Shown piece by piece: positions 26,690 to 36,700 of a stretch of 64,000 bases of DNA. Position 1 is the stretch's first letter, and every line of letters starts with the position of its first letter. Source of the DNA: Bacilli bacterium (lineage in GTDB: Bacteria; Bacillota_I; Bacilli_A; RF39; UBA660); contig JAFXZI010000014.1 in the NCBI GenBank assembly GCA_017541325.1, forward strand, positions 45,741-109,740. The letters are read 5' to 3'. The notes beneath the pieces were generated by a model, which made no database searches, was not told where the DNA came from, and saw only the letters and a program-made list of their open reading frames with translations. Both the position numbers and the translations under genes were made by a program.

Positions 26690-28369
26690 AATATATTCTT
26701 TGATTTTATTAGTTATATCTGATAGTTGTATATCTTCTGCTTCAGCTTCACTTCTTAATTTAAATTCTACTAAATTATCAGATATCTTTTTACCAACTGT
26801 TACTCTAATTGGTATTCCTACTAAGTCCATATCTTTAAATTTAACTCCAGGACGTTCTTCTCTATCATCATAAATAACTTCAATACCAGCATTTGTTAAT
26901 TCTTCATAGATAGATTCTGCTACTTCTGTTTGTTCTTTATTATTCATATCAATTTGTACTAATGCTACTTGATATGGTGCAATATTAATAGGTAGAATCA
27001 TACCATGTTCATCATTATTTTGTTCAACAATTGATGCAAGTATTCTTCCTGGTCCTATTCCATAAGAACCCATTAATGGATATTGCTCTTTATTATTTTC
27101 ATCTAAGTAAGTAATACCTAAATCACGACAATAGTGATCTCCTAATTTAAATAAATTACCTATTTCAATTCCGTGTTTAAAGTATAATTTTCCTCCACAT
27201 TTAGGACAAACATCTCCTTCAACAACATTTGAAATATCAGCAGCAAGATCATAATTAATATCTTTAACATTTGCATTTATATAGTGATAATCTTCTTTAT
27301 TAGCACCACAACAGAAATTCTTCATTTTTAATACTTCATTATCAACTACTATCTTACATCCACTTAAATTAATTGGACCAGTAAATCCAGGATAAGCATT
27401 AGATTCAGCTATTTGTTCATCATTAGCAAAACCTATTTCTTTTCCACCAACTGCTTTTAAAGCTTTTTCTTCATTTAATTCTCTATCTCCTCTAATAAAG
27501 AAAATAGTTAGTTTACCATCAACATGCATAAGTAATGCTTTTACAGTATGTTTAATATCAAGTTTTAAATAGTTACATACGTCTTCAATAGTATGAGCAT
27601 TTGGAGTATTTACTTCTTCAAGAGTCTTTTCTTCTTCCTCTTCTTCTTCTATTTTAAAATTAGCAACTTCCATATTTGATGCATAATCACATTTATCACA
27701 TAAAACAAGAATATCTTCACCAATATCAGTTAATGCTTGATACTCTTCAGATAAAGTACCACCCATTGCACCAACAGATGCTCTAACTATTTTATAATCA
27801 ATACCCATTCTATTAAAAATATTACAATAAGCATCATACATCTTTTTATAAGAAGAATCTTGCATCTTTTCATCTCTATCAAATGTATAAGCATCTTTCA
27901 TAATAAATTCTTTTACTCTAACTAATCCATAACGAGGACGCATTTCATCTCTAAATTTATCAGCTTGTTGATAAATATTAAAAGGTAAATTCTTATAACT
28001 TTTTAAATACATAGAAGCAGCAATTGCAAATAATTCTTCATGAGTTGGACCTAAAACCATATGAGCGTTTTTTCTATCTCTTAAATTAAACATATTATCT
28101 CCAAATGCTTCTACACGACCACATTTTTCATAATACTCACTTGGTATTAAGGAAGGCATTAATAATTCTTGTGCTCCTGTTTTATCCATTTCTTCTTTAA
28201 TAATATTCTTAATTTTATCTAAAACTCTGTAACCTAAAGGTAGATACATATATATTCCTGCACCTACTTTTTTAATCATTCCACTACGTACTAAAAGATT
28301 TCCACTTTTACTTTCTTCGTCTTTAGCGTCTTCTCTTAAAGTATAAAAATAACTATTACTTATTCTCAT
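26672..28369 (-). CDS. proS: proline--tRNA ligase (bacterial type with editing insertion)
   Basis: 565 aa class II aaRS. N-terminus MRISNSYFYTLREDAKDEESKSGNLLVRSGMI; preceded by a Pro T-box. Confidence 0.95.
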   Translation of the reverse strand: MRISNSYFYTLREDAKDEESKSGNLLVRSGMIKKVGAGIYMYLPLGYRVLDKIKNIIKEEMDKTGAQELLMPSLIPSEYYEKCGRVEAFGDNMFNLRDRKNAHMVLGPTHEELFAIAASMYLKSYKNLPFNIYQQADKFRDEMRPRYGLVRVKEFIMKDAYTFDRDEKMQDSSYKKMYDAYCNIFNRMGIDYKIVRASVGAMGGTLSEEYQALTDIGEDILVLCDKCDYASNMEVANFKIEEEEEEEKTLEEVNTPNAHTIEDVCNYLKLDIKHTVKALLMHVDGKLTIFFIRGDRELNEEKALKAVGGKEIGFANDEQIAESNAYPGFTGPINLSGCKIVVDNEVLKMKNFCCGANKEDYHYINANVKDINYDLAADISNVVEGDVCPKCGGKLYFKHGIEIGNLFKLGDHYCRDLGITYLDENNKEQYPLMGSYGIGPGRILASIVEQNNDEHGMILPINIAPYQVALVQIDMNNKEQTEVAESIYEELTNAGIEVIYDDREERPGVKFKDMDLVGIPIRVTVGKKISDNLVEFKLRSEAEAEDIQLSDITNKIKEYIKDNLK

Positions 28370-28581
28370 AAATACCTCCTATAAATAAAAAAGAATGATA
28401 CCTAAGGAGTGCATAAGCACGGTACCATCCTCTATTTAACTCAAATCTTTAACGGAACTATCCGGAAGCGATTAACTTCTCTTATGGGTAGGAATTAATT
28501 ACTATTAATATTTGGTTCGCACTATCCCAAACTCACTTAATTAAGGAAATAACTAATTATGTCCCATTCATCGATTTAACT
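28370..28581 (-). promoter_or_regulatory. T-box leader (Pro)
   Basis: Minus-strand RNA has UCGAUGA (GA motif), the Pro codons CCU-A/CCC-A in UUCCUACCCAUAAG, the T-box AGAGGAUGGUACCGUG (plus 28418-28432; UGGU matches A73), and a terminator with U-run before AGGAGG. Confidence 0.8.
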
Positions 28582-28587
28582 ACATGT

Positions 28588-28616
28588 AATATAAAACAAA
28601 TATTTAAATTTGTCAA
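28588..28616 (-). promoter_or_regulatory. sigmaA-type promoter of the proS leader
   Basis: TTGACA (28616-28611), a 17-nt spacer, then TATATT (28593-28588). Confidence 0.7.
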
Positions 28617-28658
28617 TTTTCTTTGTATAATAAAAAATATAAAGAAAAGGAGTTATTT

Positions 28659-28877
28659 ATGGATAATATTAAAGAAAAGATTGATGAAATCGTAAACAAA
28701 GTTAAAAACGATAAAGATTTCGCTAGTAAATTTCAAAAAGATCCAGTTAAAGCAGTTGAAAGTGTTTTAGGAGTTGATTTACCAGATGATCAAATTAAAA
28801 ATGTTGTAGATGCTGTTAAAACAAAAGTAAACGTTGATAACGCTGGAAGTTTTTTAAAAGGATTATTAAATAAATAA
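28659..28877 (+). CDS. small hypothetical protein (72 aa, helical, Lys/Asp-rich)
   Basis: ATG 28659 follows AAAGGAG; the ORF-track start 28623 lacks an RBS. No motif recognised. Confidence 0.5.
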   Translation: MDNIKEKIDEIVNKVKNDKDFASKFQKDPVKAVESVLGVDLPDDQIKNVVDAVKTKVNVDNAGSFLKGLLNK

Positions 28878-29288
28878 TCTTTTTTTTTCATTTAAAATAT
28901 CAATTGTTAATTGGTCTAATTCACCATGATAGTACTTATCTAATACTTTTTTATATATTTCTTCATTACTAGCTAAATAAAATAAAGTCATTGAAGATCT
29001 TAATTTTAAAGAATCGACTGTTCCAAAAATATTTATAGGATTTGATGTATCTAACTTCAATAATTCACTACAAATATTTTCTAAATTATTTCTTAAATAA
29101 TCATTATCTAAATACTCTTTAGCTTCATCTAAATCGTTAATTGCATATTCTATAGAAGTAGCTGTTTGTCCAAGGCCTTTTATTTGTGGAAAAATATACC
29201 ACATCCAATGTGTTTCTTTTTTTCCATTTTTAATCTCACTTAAAGCTTGATTATATTTTTGTTTTTGTATTTCTATAAATCTTTCCAT
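28866..29288 (-). CDS. DUF1810-family protein
   Basis: 140 aa. FIEIQKQKYNQALSEIKNGKKETHWMWYIFPQIKGLGQTATSIEYAI matches my memory of the DUF1810 signature (HWMWYIFPQ). Confidence 0.7.
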   Translation of the reverse strand: MERFIEIQKQKYNQALSEIKNGKKETHWMWYIFPQIKGLGQTATSIEYAINDLDEAKEYLDNDYLRNNLENICSELLKLDTSNPINIFGTVDSLKLRSSMTLFYLASNEEIYKKVLDKYYHGELDQLTIDILNEKKRLFI

Positions 29289-29291
29289 ATC

Positions 29292-29963
29292 TTAAATAAA
29301 ACTACTCTTTTTTCTTTCATTTAAGAATAATATTCCTGTATATAATACAGATAAAAGAAATAAAGAAATAATAATTCCACCAATAATATCAGTAAACCAA
29401 TGTACTCCAGATAATGTTCTTCCTACTACAATTAATATCATTACTATTAAAGATATAGTATCTATATATTTTTTTGTTTTTAAATTAGTTATAAAATACT
29501 TACTAGTTAAAAGTGAACTTCCACAAAAACATAAAGCTAAAATAGTATGACTAGATGGAAATGATGCTTCAAGTTCTCCATCTATTATTACTGGTCTATA
29601 GTTAATAGCTAATTTTTCAAATAAAATATATACTAGTAATACTACTACATAAAAACATCCTAATAATATTAACTTCTTATTTACTTTAAATAAACTTTTC
29701 TTTTGAATTAACTCATATAATCCTATTAATGCATACATTACAACTAATAGTATTGGTACTACTCCAAGATATTTAGTTAATTTATATAAAATATCATTAT
29801 AACCAAATACTTTATGAAAAGATTCATTAATTGTACTTAAACCGACACTAGTATTATTTGGTCCGATTGTTCTAACATCAACATTTTTAATTACTATAAT
29901 ATATAAAATAGATATTATAAGTAAAAATAAACTAATAATTAAAAAAACATATTTCTTTTTCAT
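29292..29963 (-). CDS. PAP2-superfamily membrane phosphatase
   Basis: 223 aa with 5-6 TM helices. Motifs KLAINYRP, SFPSSHT and SGVHWFTD. Confidence 0.75.
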   Translation of the reverse strand: MKKKYVFLIISLFLLIISILYIIVIKNVDVRTIGPNNTSVGLSTINESFHKVFGYNDILYKLTKYLGVVPILLVVMYALIGLYELIQKKSLFKVNKKLILLGCFYVVVLLVYILFEKLAINYRPVIIDGELEASFPSSHTILALCFCGSSLLTSKYFITNLKTKKYIDTISLIVMILIVVGRTLSGVHWFTDIIGGIIISLFLLSVLYTGILFLNERKKSSFI

Positions 29964-30011
29964 ATATCCTCCAACTCTAAAATAAGTATATCACAAAATA
30001 ATAAAAAAGAA

Positions 30012-30383
30012 CTAAGAGTTCTTCATATCATTATCAATCCATTTCATTATTAATAAAACTAAATAGTTAATTTGATTATCTGTTAGTTCTACTCCTTTTT
30101 CTATATGATGCCATTTATATAGGCAAGATCTACAACAACATCCGGTAGCATGTTGAGCGATAAATACTGGATGATTTTTCATTGGAGTTTGTTTACCATC
30201 ATTTATAGGATTTTCTGGTTTTAGATTTTTGTTTAAAAAATCATAAGCATGAACACTTATCTTAGAATATCCTTTTTCTTTAACATATTCCTTCATCTTT
30301 TTATTAAGATGAAAACTACTTCTAAATTTAGATTTAGATAATTCTTCTAACTTATTATTAATGATTGCTTCTTTATTATTCAT
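30012..30383 (-). CDS. DUF4186-family protein
   Basis: 123 aa. HPVFIAQHATGCCCRSCLYKWH matches my memory of the DUF4186 Cys cluster. Confidence 0.65.
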   Translation of the reverse strand: MNNKEAIINNKLEELSKSKFRSSFHLNKKMKEYVKEKGYSKISVHAYDFLNKNLKPENPINDGKQTPMKNHPVFIAQHATGCCCRSCLYKWHHIEKGVELTDNQINYLVLLIMKWIDNDMKNS

Positions 30384-30384
30384 A

Positions 30385-30579
30385 TTAACTAATTACTTTT
30401 AAGAATATTAGAATAACAGATAAAACAGCAATTAATCCAGTTAGAATCATAGATATATCAATTCTAATAGATAATCCCTTTTTATTATCTTTATTCTTTT
30501 TAAAATATCTTATAAATTCTAAATAAGATAATAGATTTAATACTATTAAAGTAATAATTACAATCATTAATATTTTCAT
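30385..30579 (-). CDS. small membrane protein (64 aa, two TM helices)
   Basis: Strong AGGAGG RBS 5 nt upstream of the ATG. Two hydrophobic helices. Confidence 0.5.
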   Translation of the reverse strand: MKILMIVIITLIVLNLLSYLEFIRYFKKNKDNKKGLSIRIDISMILTGLIAVLSVILIFLKVIS

Positions 30580-30587
30580 TAGTCCTC

Positions 30588-31526
30588 CTATAGTCTAATT
30601 AATCCTTTTTGAGGATCTTTCTTTTTCTCAAATCCATCTACAGAGTAGTCTCTTTCAGTATCATAATAGAAGAAATATGATTTATCTTTTGCTTTTATAA
30701 CACAAAAATCATCTAATTTTAAATGTTTTTTTCCATAAACAAAACTATCATAATCTTCTTGAGTAAAATCATCTAATAAAACCATATATGGAGCTTTACC
30801 ACAAAAAGAACCAGCCTCGTTATATACATCTACTCCATTAGCCATATCAAGCAAACTATAATCATCTTGTTTATAAGCAGCCATTGAAAAATTATGAACT
30901 TCTCCATCTACTTTTCCACATAAAAAAATAGTAGAAAAATCAAATAGACATAAAATATTAGAAGTCATTGCCGAGTATTCAGTACACATTGCTGCACCAT
31001 TACCTTTATAATCACTTATTCCATGTCCTAGTTTAGGTTCGATATATTTTCCGTCTTTATCAACTAAAACAGTATGCATTTCTTCTCTTGTTATTCCGTT
31101 TATCTTAAAAGCACCCAAATAACTATATAAAAAATCAAATACTATTGGTATCAATTTATATGGACTACTTAAAACTGGTTTTAAATCTCTTAAATAAAGA
31201 CAAAAATCTTTTAGATAGTCTTCACTATCCATATAAAAGTATCTTCCTTTATTACTACCAAAACCACTTCTTCCATCAAGTTCTCCACCATAAACTATTT
31301 TCATACCTTTAGGTATATAATCTATCCAATTATTTATAATATTAAAATTAACTTCTTTATGTTCTGGATCTTTAAATACTTGATGATCAAGCTCTATTTC
31401 ATATCCAATAACATCATAATGTCCATTATAAGTTATAGATGCATTTGTTAATTCTTGTATTCTTGTAGTTAGAATCTCATCTAATTCTTCATCTTTACAA
31501 TTAAGAATCCTTTCCAAAAAATCCAT
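30588..31526 (-). CDS. hypothetical protein with a transglutaminase-like / papain-like Cys-His-Asp arrangement
   Basis: 312 aa. GNGAAMCTEYSAMTSNILCLF...GEVHNFSMAAY...SLLDMANG reproduces the C...H(aromatic)...D spacing of transglutaminase-like cores. GAGGTGG RBS. Confidence 0.5.
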   Translation of the reverse strand: MDFLERILNCKDEELDEILTTRIQELTNASITYNGHYDVIGYEIELDHQVFKDPEHKEVNFNIINNWIDYIPKGMKIVYGGELDGRSGFGSNKGRYFYMDSEDYLKDFCLYLRDLKPVLSSPYKLIPIVFDFLYSYLGAFKINGITREEMHTVLVDKDGKYIEPKLGHGISDYKGNGAAMCTEYSAMTSNILCLFDFSTIFLCGKVDGEVHNFSMAAYKQDDYSLLDMANGVDVYNEAGSFCGKAPYMVLLDDFTQEDYDSFVYGKKHLKLDDFCVIKAKDKSYFFYYDTERDYSVDGFEKKKDPQKGLIRL

Positions 31527-31544
31527 AACCCCACCTCTAAATAA

Positions 31545-31892
31545 TTAGTCTTTTTTCATAAAATTAATTAATTCTAAATCAGGATCATCTTTTTGATGAT
31601 ATTCCTCTCTAGTTTTTTCATATAATCCATTTAATCTTTTACTTATAAAAATATCTATTTGTCTATCAGTTAATCTTTTTTCTTTATTAAGAAGTTTTAT
31701 TTCATCTTCATCCATATCTTCTTCATAAAAACTATCTTTTAATAATCTTTTCATCTCTTCATCAGATAAACCTTTATATTTTAATTTATGTTCTTTACAC
31801 TCTAGAGTTAATTCTTTATGATTCATTTTATTTACTTGATCTCTGTAATCTCTAGCAAGTTTAAGTTCTAGTCCTCCCCATTTATCGTTCAT
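31545..31892 (-). CDS. hypothetical acidic/basic helical protein (115 aa)
   Basis: AGGAGGG RBS and intact ORF. No motif recognised with confidence. Confidence 0.5.
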   Translation of the reverse strand: MNDKWGGLELKLARDYRDQVNKMNHKELTLECKEHKLKYKGLSDEEMKRLLKDSFYEEDMDEDEIKLLNKEKRLTDRQIDIFISKRLNGLYEKTREEYHQKDDPDLELINFMKKD

Positions 31893-31911
31893 ACTATCCC
31901 TCCTAAATCTA

Positions 31912-32574
31912 TTATAAACTATTTTTATTATCTAAAAAACTAAAATAAGTATTATTGCCAATAATTATATGATCTAGTACCGGTATATTTTGTACTTCTC
32001 CAATACCAATAATTGCTTGAGTAAGTTTAATATCTTCTCTTGATGGAGTAACATCTCCACTTGGATGATTATGAATACATATTATTCCTGATGCTGACAA
32101 TAAATAAGCATATTTAAATATTTCTCTAGGATGAACTACACTTTTATTAATAGTTCCAATAAATAATAATTTCTTATCTATTACAATATTCTTATTATTT
32201 AAATAAATACAATAAAAAAGTTCTTGTTTTTGATTATCAAACAAATACTTATAATTATTATAAATATCCATAGATCTTTTTATTTTAATAGAACTAATAC
32301 TAATATCACTATTTATTCTTTTAGATAGTTCTATTATAGCCATTACTTCTATTGCTTTTACTTTACCTATTCCTTTAATAGATAATAATTTGTTATATGT
32401 TAGATCTTTTAAATTACCTAAAAGTAATATTTCATTAGATAAATCTTTAACTGATTTATTCTTAGTACCACATCTAATAATAATAGATAGTAACTCTCCT
32501 GTTGATAATTTATCTATTCCGTCTATTAATGCTCTTTCTCTCGGTCTTTCAAGTATTGGTAATTCTTTTATCAT
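31912..32574 (-). CDS. radC: RadC-family JAB/MPN-domain protein
   Basis: 220 aa. HhH-like N-terminus (LSIKGIGKVKAIE) and JAMM motif HNHPSGDVTPSREDIKLT. Confidence 0.85.
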   Translation of the reverse strand: MIKELPILERPRERALIDGIDKLSTGELLSIIIRCGTKNKSVKDLSNEILLLGNLKDLTYNKLLSIKGIGKVKAIEVMAIIELSKRINSDISISSIKIKRSMDIYNNYKYLFDNQKQELFYCIYLNNKNIVIDKKLLFIGTINKSVVHPREIFKYAYLLSASGIICIHNHPSGDVTPSREDIKLTQAIIGIGEVQNIPVLDHIIIGNNTYFSFLDNKNSL

Positions 32575-32663
32575 AATTCACCTCTATTAGTATTATTATC
32601 TTTAAATACTAATTTTACTTATTTTATTTTTAAAGTATAATATTAGAAAAAGGAGGAATTCTT

Positions 32664-33764
32664 ATGAAAACTATTGGTATTATTTGTGAATATAATCCAT
32701 TTCATAATGGTCATATTTATCATATTAATAAAATAAAAGAATTATTTCCTGATTCTTTAATCGTTTTAGTAGTTACTAACAATTTTACTGAACGCGGAAG
32801 TATAAGCGTTTTAAATAAAAAAGAAAAAACAGAAATTGCTCTTAATCATAATATAGATTTAGTAGTAGAATTACCATTTAAATTTGCTTGTTCTAGTGCT
32901 GATACTTTTGCAGAAGGATCTATAAAAATACTTAAAGAATTAAAAGTAGATTATTTAGTCTTTGGTAGTGAATCAAATAATATAGATAAATTAATTAATC
33001 TAGCTAATATTCAATTAAAAAGCAAAGAGTATTCTAGTTTAGTTAAATCTTATCTAAAAGAAGGAATTAATTATCCAACTGCTTTATCTAAAGCATTAAA
33101 AGAAATAACAAATACAACTGTTGAAGAACCAAATGATCTATTAGGTCTTTCTTATGTTAAAGAAATAATTAAACAAAAAACAAATATTAACGCAATAACT
33201 ATAAAAAGAAGTAATGATTATCACAAAAGTTCTACAGATATTAGAAATAGTTTAAATAAAAATAGTATAAAAGAATTTGTTCCTGATGATGTATACAAAG
33301 TACTTAAGAATAAAAAAGATATTGATTACTTTAAATATATAAAATATAAAATATTAACAGATAAAGATTTATCTATATATTTAGATGTAGATGAAGGTAT
33401 AGAAAATAGATTATTAAAATATATAAATGAGTGTAATAATTTAGATGATTTTATAAAACATATAAAGACCAAAAGATATACTTATAATAAGATTAATAGA
33501 ATGTTAATACATATATTAACTTCTTATACAAAAATAGATAATAATACAAATTTAGATTATATTAGAATACTCGGATTTAATAAATTAGGAAAAGAATACT
33601 TAAATAAGATAAAGAAAGATATTAATGTACCAGTAATAACTAATATAAAAAAGAAAGATGAAGTATTATTAAATACAGATATTAAAGTAGAAAAAATATA
33701 TAGTTTAATAACAAATAATGATCTTAATAGTTATAAAGATCCAGTAATATATTTAGATAAATAA
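32664..33764 (+). CDS. tmcAL: tRNA(Met) cytidine acetate ligase TmcAL (YlbM/UPF0348 nucleotidyltransferase)
   Basis: 366 aa. N-terminus MKTIGIICEYNPFHNGHIYHINKIK (HxGH-type). AAAGGAGG RBS. Confidence 0.8.
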   Translation: MKTIGIICEYNPFHNGHIYHINKIKELFPDSLIVLVVTNNFTERGSISVLNKKEKTEIALNHNIDLVVELPFKFACSSADTFAEGSIKILKELKVDYLVFGSESNNIDKLINLANIQLKSKEYSSLVKSYLKEGINYPTALSKALKEITNTTVEEPNDLLGLSYVKEIIKQKTNINAITIKRSNDYHKSSTDIRNSLNKNSIKEFVPDDVYKVLKNKKDIDYFKYIKYKILTDKDLSIYLDVDEGIENRLLKYINECNNLDDFIKHIKTKRYTYNKINRMLIHILTSYTKIDNNTNLDYIRILGFNKLGKEYLNKIKKDINVPVITNIKKKDEVLLNTDIKVEKIYSLITNNDLNSYKDPVIYLDK

Positions 33765-33796
33765 AAAAAGGAAGTTTAATTACTTCCTTTTTATTA
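33764..33796. terminator. bidirectional terminator between the convergent tmcAL and giant pilin genes
   Basis: Stem aaaggaagt/acttccttt (33767-33775/33782-33790), flanked by an A-run upstream and a T-run downstream. Confidence 0.75.
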
Positions 33797-36700
33797 TTAA
33801 TAGTAAACAGTTGCTCCGTTACATGCTACATCTCCATAAGAAGCTGTACATGAGCTTGTTGGATAATATGTACCTGTTCCTGACCAACCATTCCATATTT
33901 TACATCCCCAAGCTGCACTATAACATGATTTTGCACATGTATCACATACAAACTCGGTTGTAGATTGATAATGACATGTACAGAATTGTTGTGAATCATC
34001 AGTACCTGTTCCTGTATCAGAACAAGAACATACGTGAGGACTACAGAACGCTCTACATCTTGCTTCAGCTCCTGTACCTCTAAAGGCATTGTCTATTGTT
34101 TTTCCAACACAGTTACAATCTTCTGTTCCACATACACTTGAACTTGGTCCACCCCAATTATGTTGATAACATGTATTCTTTTGATACATATATGCTGATG
34201 ATACAGATACAGTACAACTATTTGTTAGCCCTGCACCGTTTGTACATGTATATGTTTTATCAGATGTTTGATTAGTATTTGAGAAAGAAGCTGTTACAAC
34301 ACCACTTGTACCGTCTGCACATGTTGCTCCTGTTGTTACCCCATTTGAATGATATTGATGGGATTTACTTGGTGTACATGACGGAACAGATGCATCTCTC
34401 TTAAATTTTATTGAACATGTATTAGTGTTTCCAGCATTATCTTTTATATGTCCTGTATATGTTACACTTTTTGTATCAGTAGTATGTGATGCTGTTTTGC
34501 TTCCAGTTACTGAATCTATTCCATATGATGCTGTTCCACTTAAGTCATCTCCAGTATTACCTTTTCCACTTACAAAGCTAACACTTACATTTGATGTATA
34601 CCAATTATCATTTCCAACTGTTCCAGATGTAGTTAACTTACAATATGGTTTTGTTTTATCTAGTTTAAACCAAATCTCACATTTATTTGTTCTTCCTGCT
34701 TTATCCTTTATATATCCATAATATGTTATTCCTGATGTTGTTGTATTAGTAGATTGTGTTTTCTTTGTGCTTTTATTATAACTTGGCGTTGCTGATGTTG
34801 TTATATCCCATGATGCTTTATCACTCATTGAATTATCTTTTTTAACATCTTCATATTTTTTAAATGTTACATCTACATTTCCTTCTTTATACCAATTATT
34901 ATCTCCTTTAGTACCAGTAAGTTGTAATTCACATGTAGGATTTTGTGAATCTTTTTTAACTACACTACTACAATCTTTTAAGTTTCCAGCATTATCTCTT
35001 ACATATCCATACCATGTATGACTTGTTGTATCTTTTGTTTGAGTTCCTGTATCATTTCCATTATATTCTAATCCACTTGAATTTTTTAATCCATAGTTTC
35101 TTGTTCCTGATTTTGTATATTTATTTGCAATTTCAGCATTATCATCTTTTGTTAATTTAACTGGAACATTTTCCCAGAAATAATCATTTTCATGTCTTAC
35201 GACTCTATCACTACCAAATGTTATTGTACATTTTGGCTCTGTTTTATCTATATTTGTTATTTCTCTTGTTTCTGGTAAACTTTCATTTCCTGATGTATCT
35301 TTTACTTTCATTATTACTGTTGCAAGAGTTGGATAAGTATAACTATTATCTTTTTGCCATGGATTATTATCAAATTTGTAGTCTCCTCTTCCTGATACTG
35401 AGTCTGTTGCATTTATATATAATGTTACATCTCTATTTGTATAATATCCTACTGTATCATCTCTTGTTAATAATTCTATTCTTGTTACATTATTTAACTC
35501 TGTTGCACTTGCAAATGATATTTCTAAATTACTAAATGAAGTTGGAGTTGCAAAATAGTTTCTTGCCTTTGATGTTGATGTTGGAATTGTTACAGTTAAT
35601 GTTTTATTTTTTACTGTATCTTTTATTGTTGCAGTTCCACCCTTTCCTGATGCCATATATACATATACTCCATATATATTACCGTACTCACCAGTTATGC
35701 TCGTTAAACTAATTTTTGTTGATGTTTTAGAAGCAAGTAAATCAGCTTTATCTTTTTCTGTACCTACTCCATATACTACTGTTCCATAGTCTATTGATTT
35801 AATAACTGGAATTACTGGATCATATGGAATTTCTCTATAACATGTTCCTACATTTCCAGCATTATCTTTTACATATCCATATACTGTTGTTATACCATCT
35901 TGTACTTCATATTCTGTTTCTTTATTAAAGTCGTAATTACTTCTACTAACTCCCATTCCATATGTTGCAATTCCACTTGTATCTCTTTCATCTACTTTTA
36001 ATTTAACTACTGGTCTTGGACTTGCTTTATACCATCCATTTTCCCCCATAGTTCCTTCAACTTCTAATGTACATTTTGGTGGTGTTTTATCAATATAAAC
36101 ATCTACTGGACACGCATTTGTTTTTCCAGCATTATCGGCAATTGTTATTGTTCCAGTTTCTCCTTCTTCAGTGAACTTCTTTGTAAACGTATCTTGAACA
36201 CATCCTGTACAATTATCACTACATCCAATAGTTATAGTTCTATCTTTATTTGTCCACACTTTAGAATCTCCTTGTGCAACACCACAAAGAGGAGGTTCAT
36301 CATCCATTTCTTCAGTACAAACACGTTGTGGTGGAATTCTTTTACTTAAATCTTCACATTTTCCTGATTGATAATCTCCACAAACTAAACATACTTCATA
36401 TGATAAATTTGTTATGTTTGGTCCTTCATTTTTAACTAAAACGAAACTTTGGAAAGGATCACAATCTTTAGAATCATCTTTAGGATCTCTTAACTTATTT
36501 GAATATCCTGTAGATATTAATTCTGATAAAGTTACTTTTTTATACTTATCTACTCCAGGAATGCAAATAGTATCATTTTTTTCTACACATTCAGTCATTA
36601 GATTTTGTGCAGAAACCTTCATATCAGCTTCATACATTTTATAAGTATTATTTCTTGTATCAATTATGTACCTTGAAATAGCAGGGAATAATAAACCCAT

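Noticed and set aside
28866-28877. A 12-nt convergent overlap of the 3' ends of the small plus-strand gene and the DUF1810 gene, with no terminator between them.
   Set aside because: This is probably just compact convergent gene ends in AT-rich DNA, where the stop codons share a ttattaaataaataa run. I cannot support any antisense regulatory role from the sequence alone.
33826-34089. 87-aa minus-strand ORF in an alternative frame inside the giant pilin gene.
   Set aside because: It is embedded in the 3' Cys-rich coding region of the 1048-aa ORF and has no independent RBS. It is most likely a chance open frame.
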